Positions 55,657 through 64,000 of a stretch of DNA of 64,000 bases are shown in pieces; the first letter of the stretch is position 1, and every line of letters begins with the position of its first letter. The translations under genes were made by a program, and so were the position numbers. The stretch is from the NCBI GenBank assembly GCA_024704765.1, contig JAKMXF010000144.1, positions 558,001 through 622,000 of the forward strand. The letters are read 5' to 3'. Origin of the DNA: Oopsacas minuta. Lineage: Eukaryota > Animalia > Porifera. A model generated the notes under the pieces. That model saw nothing but the letters and a program-made list of their open reading frames with translations. It did not search any database and was not told the DNA's origin.

Positions 55657-58600
55657 ATGTCACAACCTGATTCACCGGTATCACCGGACAAGGAGTCCCC
55701 TCCTCGCCTCTTTATAACACACATTGAAGCAGAGAATTTCAAATCTTACGCAGGCAAGAAGACAATTGGTCCATTTATACAGAAGTTTACCTGTATTATA
55801 GGACCTAATGGTAGTGGGAAATCTAACGTAATTGATGCTGTACTGTTTGTATTCGGATATAGAGCTAGGAAGATACGCTCTAAGAAGTTATCTGTGTTGA
55901 TTCACAAGTCAGCTGAGTTCCCTAATTTTCGTAGTTGTAAAGTTACTGTGTACTTCCAGCAGATTAGAGATATTGCTGATGACCAATACGAGGTGGATAT
56001 ACGTACAAATTATCTCAATAAAATATTGACTTATTTCTTGTATAGGTAATACCAGGTAGTGATTTTCAGGTATCACGAATTGCTCATCACGACAACACTT
56101 CTGAATACTTTCTAAGCGGAACTAAAGCTACTTACAGAGAAGTTACAGATCTGCTTAGAAACTACGGGATTGATTTAGATCACAATAGGTTTCTTATCCT
56201 ACAAGGAGAAGTATGTAGTTTTTAGAATATCAATCAAGTTAATTATTCATTTGATATGTAGGTAGAATCTGTTGCTCTTATGAAACCAAAGGGGCAACAC
56301 GAACATGACGAAGGAATGTTAGAATATCTAGAAGATATAATTGGTACAGCAGATTATAAAGATACTATTGAGGAATTATTTAAGGAATATGAAGAATTGC
56401 TTAATGCGAGAGGCGAAAAAGTTCATCGGTAAATGAAGATGACTAGCATAAATTAGATTTGTATTATTTGTATTATTTTAGATTAAAATTTGTTGAGAAG
56501 GAATTGAGTCAGTTAGAATCAGCAAAAGAAGAAGCAGAACAATTCTTGAAGCAGAGAGATAGAGTTGCTCTATCTAAGTATAAATTATTTCACAAAAACT
56601 TATTTGAATTGAAAACAGGTAGAGGAGGAGTTGATGAGAATTTAGAGGCATTGATAGTGGCGATTACTAAGATAGAAGATCAATCAGAAGAGGTAAATAT
56701 GATACTACGTACGTATTAATGTATTCATAACTATTTAGTATAATCTCTCTACACTATATCATATGAAGTGAGACGTGTACTGTATGCTTGTTTCTAGCAA
56801 TCAAATCTAGTCAAAGCAAAGCAGCATGATTTGAAGAAGAAAGGTAAGGTACTCGATAAGATGAAGGAAGCAGAGGAGAGTAAGACTGCTGCGCTGACTG
56901 AGTGTGAAAGAAGAGATGTAAAAGCTAGAGAAGATCAGAAAACAGTTAAATCTAATTTAAAATCATTCAACAAGACTCTTGAAAAAGAAAGACAGAAATT
57001 TGAGGACTTACAAACAGCTCCAGAGAGACTAACTAAACAGATTGAAGAAGGAGAGAAAACTAAAGTAATTATTGAAAAATCTCTCTATATAGAGGATCAG
57101 AAGTAAATATTGTAGGGATATGTAGTCAACTCCAGTTAAATCGAAGCTCAAGGGACCGGAGTAATTACTTATGGAATACGTGTTACTTTTATATTTTACA
57201 ATTTAAGAATTGGATACAAGCGGATATTCGATATATCCGTGTTCTATATAACAGGAGTTGATTGTAGTTTGTATAGAATGCAATAAATATAATTACGTAT
57301 GTATATAGATTGGAGCAGATAATGTCAGGGCTTAGAGAAGCTACGAGAGACTTACAGCAAGAAAAGGAGCAGAAAGTTAGTGTGCTATTACAAGCTAAAG
57401 TTAAAGTTAATGATGCTAAATCAGAGCAAGACATGGCTAGTACTGAGTATGACTTATACATGAGACAGGTCAGAGATCATGAAAGTCAAACAAAAGACAA
57501 ACAATTTAATCTGGAAGATTCTCAGAAGAAACTACAAGGTATGCTCCAAACATATTTCAGTGTTATTGTCATTTTAATAATTTTATTTTGACAATATAAC
57601 TATAAGGTAAATACCCGTTATAAGAATAACACGAGATATATCTTAATTTATTATGTGCTAATTGGTTGTAGTAATTACTTTACTCTTCTTGGGTAGTTCT
57701 TGACTGGATGTGGTTCCTTTCCTCTTACGGGTTGTTGGGGTAGAGCTACGACTTGATGTCTGCTTTGGAAATGATCCACTACCCTCTCCCTCATCCATGG
57801 AATATTCTAGAAAGTTCTCAACATCTGTCATACTACCAGACTCAGGTAGAGTCTCGTATTTATGTTTAATAGCTCCCCATTCAAATTCGGCAGATAGCAA
57901 TGCAGATTTCAGCTCCAATAGTAATAATACATTATTTCTGAGCACGTTAAATTGTGTAGTAACATTCTCTGTAGCAATTGGCTTAGTTCCTATACCCAAT
58001 TCATCTAGTAATTGCTCCATTGCTTTAGCTCGTTTGTTAGTCATTGTATTAGGAACTTTAAGTCTGTAACTACGGAGATATGGACCTGCACCTCTCTCCT
58101 CGATTATCTTATTCAGATGTTTTGTGATGTTCCCGCTTCTGTCTCTGTCTCTATCTCTATCCTTCTTACTCTTTTCCTTCTTCTTGCTGGTGCTACTACG
58201 TTTGTTCTTATCAGAACACCTATCGTCACTAATTTCTACTTGCTCTATTAATTTCTGTGCTGTTTGAGCTATTCTCTCTCTTTCCTATATACACATGTAC
58301 AGTTAACACCCGCTATATCGAAGCCAAGGGACAGCGATAATTACTTCTATATAATATATGCTGAATTGTTATAATCGATTAACTGTATGTTACTTTGAGG
58401 GTTTGGGACTATATTTGCACAATTTCAGACTTCCATATAAGCGAGTATTTCTATATATCCGTGTTCGTTGAGTTTACTGTATTTCAGTCTGAACTTACCT
58501 TCCTTCTATATTCCACCTTCTTCACTTCCTCCACTAGATAATCATGCTCTTCAATTTGTTTCTGAGTTCTACCAAATAGAAGTTCTAATTGCTCCTTCCT

Positions 58601-61600
58601 CAGCTTTTCATGTTCTACATCATATGCTACTAGTGACTCAGAGAGGTCTTCTCCTGGTATAGCCCTTAACTTGACTATACAGTTACATACTGTATAATAG
58701 CGATCCTTCAGCTCTTCAACTGATCTAGGGGGAAATCTGGCTATATCATACCTATCCTAAAAGAGAATCATTAATCACATTCCAAATACCTATATATCTA
58801 ACCAAGCTACCTTAATAATAATGAATCTCAGATCAAATCTATCACATAGCTCCAATAAATGCTTAGTCTCTTCCATGCTCCACTCAGAGTCCTCTAAATA
58901 TATTTTATATTCCTCTTCCGTATATTCAGGTATTCCTACTCTATCATTGTGTCTAGCGAATTGATATTTCTTGTTCTCCTCCCCAGCTCGTACCCAATGA
59001 TAGAGAATAGCATTGTCTGTACGAGCCTGGTTAATAAACGGTGTCCATTTCCAAGATCTAACTTTTTGAATACCTAATTTAGCTTTGACGTGTTTATACC
59101 CTAGACTGGTGTCTATTTCTATATCTGGGAGGAGTTTCTGTACTCCCTCTCCTTCTCTGAGAGCTTTTACTTCTCTGCTAGTACCGTCAGGTAGTAATGC
59201 AGCCCCAGTAGTTCTCTTCTTAACTCTCTTACTATGACCATGTGAGAGAGCTTGCTCTTTCAGACTTGTATTAGTTATTTCGCGGTTTTCTTCACCTTTT
59301 CTTCCGGCTAATATATCTTGAGCATCTTTTGCACTAGTCATTGTGTTATGTACTGGGATAGATACAATCAATATTTGTGAATATTTTAAGGGAAAAATAC
59401 AAAATTCTTAAATTTAACTACGTTTAATGAAATTTATATTTGTTTGCAGCAAACAGATCGCTTTGTGAAGAATTGAAACAAAAAGTTCCTAGACAGAGGA
59501 AGGAGATAGATAACTTTGAGATAGAGATTGATCAGTACACACAAATAGAGACTACATTAGCTCCTAAATTAGAGGCTACACAGCGTCAATTGGTGGAAGG
59601 GAGATCTTCTCTCTCAGCTCACAAAACTAGAGGTTATTGCAACTTATTTCATTAGATATTTATATATAGAGTGCATAAAGAACTGGGTTCATTTTATCTC
59701 ATAAGAAGGTTCAGTTACCTGAAGTAACATCTCTATGATTAAGATCCATAACCTTTGAATTGTAATCATTCAGGTGTACATATTTACTTTACCATTCTGT
59801 TGTTAGGGAAGTTGTTAGAGGGTTTAATGATGGCAAAGGAGGCTGGTCACATAAAAGGGATTATTGGCAGACTTGGAGATCTTGGTAAGTAGAACATAGT
59901 GTAACTAATGTTATCTATTTAATATACACCCTCATTCTACAACAGAAAATCAGTTAGAAAGTTTCTGTTAGAAACTATTGTACTTGAATTATAAATGTTT
60001 ATTCAATTTTGCTAAAGAAATCTTTTAATTCTAAAATGGCTACGAAAACTGTAATAAATGAGCCTCCTCGTGACATAATCACACCCCAGGTACAAGCGTC
60101 CCCAGATACTTCATCAGGTCCCAACAAGACCCTCTCCCCTACCCCCTGCATCCTAGTGGTCGGCATGGCGGGAGCTGGTAAGACTACTTTTGTACAGCGA
60201 TTAACTGCACATCTTCATTCTAAAGCCGCACCTCCTTACGTCATAAACCTAGACCCAGCAGTTCTTAAACTCCCCTACCCAGTCAATATAGATATCCGTG
60301 ATACAGTAAACTATAAGGAAGTAATGAAGCAGTATGGATTAGGTCCAAACGGGGGTATAATGACTGCATTGAACTTATTCTCCACTCAATTCGATCAAGT
60401 TCTACAATACATAGAGAAGAGAGCTAACGAACACAGTTTGGTTATATTCGATACTCCAGGACAACTTGAGGTATTCACATGGTCAGCCTCCGGTACTATA
60501 ATAACAGACACACTAGGTCTGACACTCCCTACCATCGTGGTGTATGTATTGGACACATCTCGTAGTGTAAATCCTACTACATTTATGTCAAATATGCTGA
60601 ATGCCTGTTCTATCCTATACAAAACTACTTTACCATTCATTCTGGTAATGAATAAGTGTGATATTATTGATAACGGATTTGCTGTGGAATGGATGAAAGA
60701 CTTTACTGTGTTCCGGCAGGCGTTATCCCAGGAGACCAGCTTTATGTCTAATCTTGTACAATCCATGAGTCTAGCACTAGAAGAGTTCTACTCTAATATT
60801 TCTAGCGTGGGAGTATCCTCACTGACTGGTGCTGGTATAAATGAATTCTTAGCTGCTGTAGATAAGGGAAGAGTTGAGTACTGGGATTATTTAGCCAGGA
60901 GGAAGAAGATTAGTGAGCAAAGAGAAAGGGAAATGAAGGAAAAGACGATTGACAAACTTACTGAACTCAAGAAACAAAGTGGAAAGGGCACCAAGCTTAA
61001 ATTAGGACTAGACCTCGCCGTACAGCCTGAATATGAATATGAAATAGAGGATGATATCTATGGTGTAGGGGGAGAGAGTCCTGATGAAGGGGACCTGGTA
61101 CATGATGAGGATTTGGATTTAGATGAATCTTGAATTTTACGGAATTTTGGAATTAATTATTAGCCCATCTGGATATTACAAATTTACAAAATATTTTATG
61201 ATAGCAGCTGAATGTATATGCCCAACTAGCAACTGATACACAGTAGAAACTCTATAAGCGGGGAGTGGGGCATAATTTAGAAAAAAATATGCCTCACGCC
61301 ATTGAAATTTTCCTCTCTAGGTGGGGAATTCAACGATAAATTTTCTTGAATAATCATTTTTGTGCTATATTTCCGTATTTATCGCTATGATGGAATGAAA
61401 TTTTTGGGTTTCTCAGGAGAAATTTATTTAACAAACAACTTTTGGGCATATTCTTATAATCAAATATCATTGAAAAACAGTCATTGGAGGAAGTGACATA
61501 TTGACTCGAAAATCTCAGCTTAAGACATTTACCTTCCACTTTTTCAAATATTGTACTACTTGTAATTATTGTATCCTGTTTCTCTAGCTTCCATAGACCA

Positions 61601-63635
61601 GAAGTATGACGTAGCCATCAGCACTGCATGTCCTTCTTTAGAGAATATCTTACTAGACACAGGTGATACCAGTGTACAATGTATCAACTTCCTGAAGGAG
61701 CATGATCTGGGTAGAGCTACTTTCTCAGTCTTAGAACGGATGGAAAGGAATAGAGCCCAGGCAATGAAACCATTTCACGGACCTGAGAACGTTCCCAGGT
61801 TATTTGATCTTCTTCATGTGAGTTGTATTTATCAATAACGTATTTGTGGTAACTTAGATTGTCCATTCTAAACTCTACTCCTTTTCAGATACAAAATGAT
61901 GCATATATACCTGCGTTATATTTCGTAACACAAGACACACTAGTTGCTAACAACCTAGAAGAAGCTACACGTATCGGTAAGCTAAACAACAACAATTTAT
62001 TCTAGTTAGTTGTATATTTATTGGTGTATCTATCTTGTCAAGGTATGGGGATAGGCACTGAAGGGAAGAGATATAGAGTTGTGACACTGAGTGGAGATGT
62101 GGTGGATAAGAGTGGTACTATGTCAGGGGGAGGGAAACAGGTTTCTAGAGGAAGAATGTCAGCTAACATTCAACAAGAATTCAGCCCTGTGCAGGTTCTT
62201 ATCTTTTTCATTGTTCTTTCCTTCCTAATTACTTTCAAGACGAAGAATTGCTACTAATACGCATAGGCGCCGAAAGTGGGAGGGTCAGAGAGGATAGGTA
62301 CCCCTACGCCCTAGTATTGAGGGAGCGTATACCTAAACTAGTAGTCAATGAGGTACATCCCCTGAGCTTAGGGAGGCTTCGCAGTCATGCTAGTAAGTAA
62401 GAATTGAGTATGACGTCATAATTTTATGAAACTAATCAAAAAGGCAAGGTTCGTCTGGGTCTCGAACCCAGGACCTTCTGCGTGTAAAGCAGACGTGATA
62501 ACCACTACACTAACGAACCAAGATTCTTATTAATTCTTACTGTTATGACTTTTGTAAAAACATCTTAAGAAAGTTGCTACAAAATAATTGAATGTTTTTG
62601 TTTTAGAAATACACAAATTTGCTAGTATTATTCTATAGAGAGATAAGACTGACGTTGCGAATGTGTATGTGTATAGTAGCAGTTTTGAAAACACTGACTT
62701 ATCATTGTATTTATGTCCCTATTTATGTCCAATCTGTATATAATATGCATTATCATAAGTTCTGGCACAATCTATTGTTAATATTTGCAAACATAATCTC
62801 TGCCAGAGAAACTTGTGTTGATAATATGTAATTCCTAAACTGATTAGCTTACCGGCCTTTCGGATACGCGTATTAGCCAAGTAAAGGAAATGTCAATCCA
62901 AATAGGATACAAGATTAGTGTTGCACGTAATCGCATTTATAACTGCCCTTATTAAATGTGTTACTTGTTTTATCTATTCCTCGTTACGCTACGTGTATAG
63001 AATTGCCCTGTGATGAGCTGTATTACAGCATATTGCTCCTACTGAGTGTGTACTTGATGAGGTGTTATACTGAGGGCTTATGATGCAAATTCGTTTGCAA
63101 AATATATCTAATTAATGGTGGAAAAATATAATTTTTGTTGTGGTTTGTGTTTACTTAACCCATTATTTGGAATTTATTTTCCACTCATTTTCAGATTGAA
63201 AGTCTTGAGAAAGATACAGCTAAGCTAAAGCATGAACTGGAAGAGTATCAGAAACGCAAGCGAGTAGCTGAAAGCAAGTTATCTCTCCTACAAACTGAAG
63301 TACAGGAGAATGAGAGTAGATTACAGAAAGCTAGCCTGGATATTGACTTCTGTTCTGCACAATGTGAAGTTTACAAAACCCAGCTGAATGAGCTCATGAG
63401 TAACAGAGTTACTGTGGATCCTAAGGAAGTAGAGAGGCTAGAGAAAAGATACAAGGAATGTCAGGACGTGTATAATCAAATACATACCAAGTTCTCTAAG
63501 TCTGAAGCTGAAGTAGAGAAGTTAGATGAACGGATTAATGCAGTAGGAGCTGATAAGGTTCAAGCACAGCAGAAAAAAATTAATTCTGTCAAGAAAGAAT
63601 TGGATGATCTGAAAAGTAATATCTCTAAAGCAAAT
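55657..63635 (+). CDS. SMC4: Condensin subunit SMC4, at least 12 exons, 3' part beyond the window; hosts DMAP1, GPN1 and tRNA-Val
   Basis: Exons 55657-55992, 56046-56210, 56262-56428, 56482-56692, 56798-57102, 57309-57538, 59450-59632, 59807-59884, 61588-61817, 61889-61976, 62043-62194, 63195-63635; phases all compatible. ENFKSY, Walker [37 protein letters not shown]|VE, hinge GIIGRLGDL|[29 protein letters not shown]...SGTMSGGG. Confidence 0.95.
57123..57264. mobile_element. MITE in SMC4 intron 5, 142 bp
   Basis: tagtcaactccagttaaat ... atataacaggagttgattg|ta; internal sequence shared with 58300 and 13749. Confidence 0.7.
57658..59341 (-). CDS. DMAP1: DNA methyltransferase 1-associated protein 1 (SWC4/EAF2), 3 exons, 471 aa, nested in SMC4 intron 6
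   Basis: Exons 59341-58811, 58756-58499, 58284-57658 (phase 0, GT-AG, 1416 nt). [17 protein letters not shown]...LYHW, SANT domain [24 protein letters not shown]|DRY...[40 protein letters not shown]-like [10 protein letters not shown]. Confidence 0.93.
58300..58479. mobile_element. TA-flanked MITE, 180 bp, filling most of DMAP1 intron 2
   Basis: TA|CAGTTAACACCCGCTATATCGAA ... GAGTTTACTG|TA; family sequence shared with 57123 and 13749. Confidence 0.72.
60036..61133 (+). CDS. GPN1: GPN-loop GTPase 1 (XAB1), intronless, nested on the SAME strand in SMC4 intron 8
   Basis: [83 protein letters not shown]; acidic tail. First ATG 60036. Confidence 0.96.
   Translation: MATKTVINEPPRDIITPQVQASPDTSSGPNKTLSPTPCILVVGMAGAGKTTFVQRLTAHLHSKAAPPYVINLDPAVLKLPYPVNIDIRDTVNYKEVMKQYGLGPNGGIMTALNLFSTQFDQVLQYIEKRANEHSLVIFDTPGQLEVFTWSASGTIITDTLGLTLPTIVVYVLDTSRSVNPTTFMSNMLNACSILYKTTLPFILVMNKCDIIDNGFAVEWMKDFTVFRQALSQETSFMSNLVQSMSLALEEFYSNISSVGVSSLTGAGINEFLAAVDKGRVEYWDYLARRKKISEQREREMKEKTIDKLTELKKQSGKGTKLKLGLDLAVQPEYEYEIEDDIYGVGGESPDEGDLVHDEDLDLDES
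62438..62442 (-). terminator. RNA polymerase III T-run terminator
   Basis: TTTTT on the minus strand, 5 nt downstream of the tRNA acceptor stem. Confidence 0.65.
62447..62519 (-). tRNA. tRNA-Val (UAC), in SMC4 intron 11
   Basis: GGTTCGTTAGTGTAGTGGTTATCACGTCTGCTTTACACGCAGAAGGTCCTGGGTTCGAGACCCAGACGAACC(T): perfect 7-bp acceptor stem, anticodon arm TCTGC-TTTACAC-GCAGA, T arm CTGGG-TTCGAGA-CCCAG, intact A and B boxes. Confidence 0.95.
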
Positions 63636-64000
63636 GTAAGTTTGTAAATTCGTACAATACCAAGTTTTTTGGTTTGGGATTCGCTCTAATGTCAATATTT
63701 CTTATACTTTTATAACAAACAAACAACAGGTGTAAACATTTCACCATATTTATCCACACAAAATGAGCTTAATATAAAATTTATTATCATGCAAGAATTC
63801 ATTCTCAAGAAATAATGTTTGCTAATTAGTCTTCATTCACAGTTTGAGGTAAAATGTCTTCCATTTCTATTCCGTGGTCATTCAGCAATATTCATTCGTT
63901 CATGAATTCTATACTTTCTATGGAGATAGTATCGTTTTGTAGCTAATATTATCCATGGTATTAATGAGAGAATCACAACTATTGCTGTAATTGAGTATGC

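Noticed and set aside
57658-58044. 128-aa minus ORF as a separate gene
   Set aside because: It is the 3' part of DMAP1 exon 3.
458-60766. Numerous 60-125 aa ORFs antisense or frame-shifted within long genes (e.g. 458, 3385, 5923, 10748, 13877, 20105, 51192, 60395)
   Set aside because: They are shadows of real coding sequence with no independent homology or splice support.
62410-62419. ATGACGTCAT CRE palindrome
   Set aside because: A single 10-mer in an intron downstream of the tRNA, with no promoter context; could occur by chance.

Overview
AT-rich, gene-dense eukaryotic (animal) DNA with short GT-AG introns; no prokaryotic or CRISPR features. The compact architecture and a RING-less coiled-coil+NHL gene suggest an early-branching animal such as a hexactinellid sponge (inference only). 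About 25 protein genes can be reconstructed: ALS2CL-like (partial), two coiled-coil genes, AGMO, an orphan multi-TM gene, STAM, TAF6, EMSY-like, NOXRED1, SPEF1, a TNIP/ABIN-like coiled-coil gene, a divergent SKP1, a divergent UROD, an NHL-repeat gene, RGS22, TSFM, TBC1D10, HGSNAT, a ninein-like gene, ACBP, PCGF, SMC4 (partial), DMAP1 and GPN1. There is also one tRNA-Val(UAC), several TA-flanked MITEs and a non-autonomous Helitron. The main result, invisible in the ORF track, is pervasive gene nesting. A 5-exon SKP1-like gene (26829-35578) carries three whole antisense genes (UROD, NHL, RGS22) in two introns. SMC4 carries antisense DMAP1, same-strand GPN1 and a tRNA in three introns, and two SMC4 coding exons sit inside the DMAP1/GPN1 divergent promoter region. 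An unannotated 6-exon membrane-protein gene carries STAM. Most start codons have a YAG acceptor-like site a few bases upstream (spliced-leader trans-splicing or 5'UTR introns), and several stop codons overlap AATAAA. All exon models are manual splice-phase reconstructions, and homologies are from recalled sequences, not database searches.
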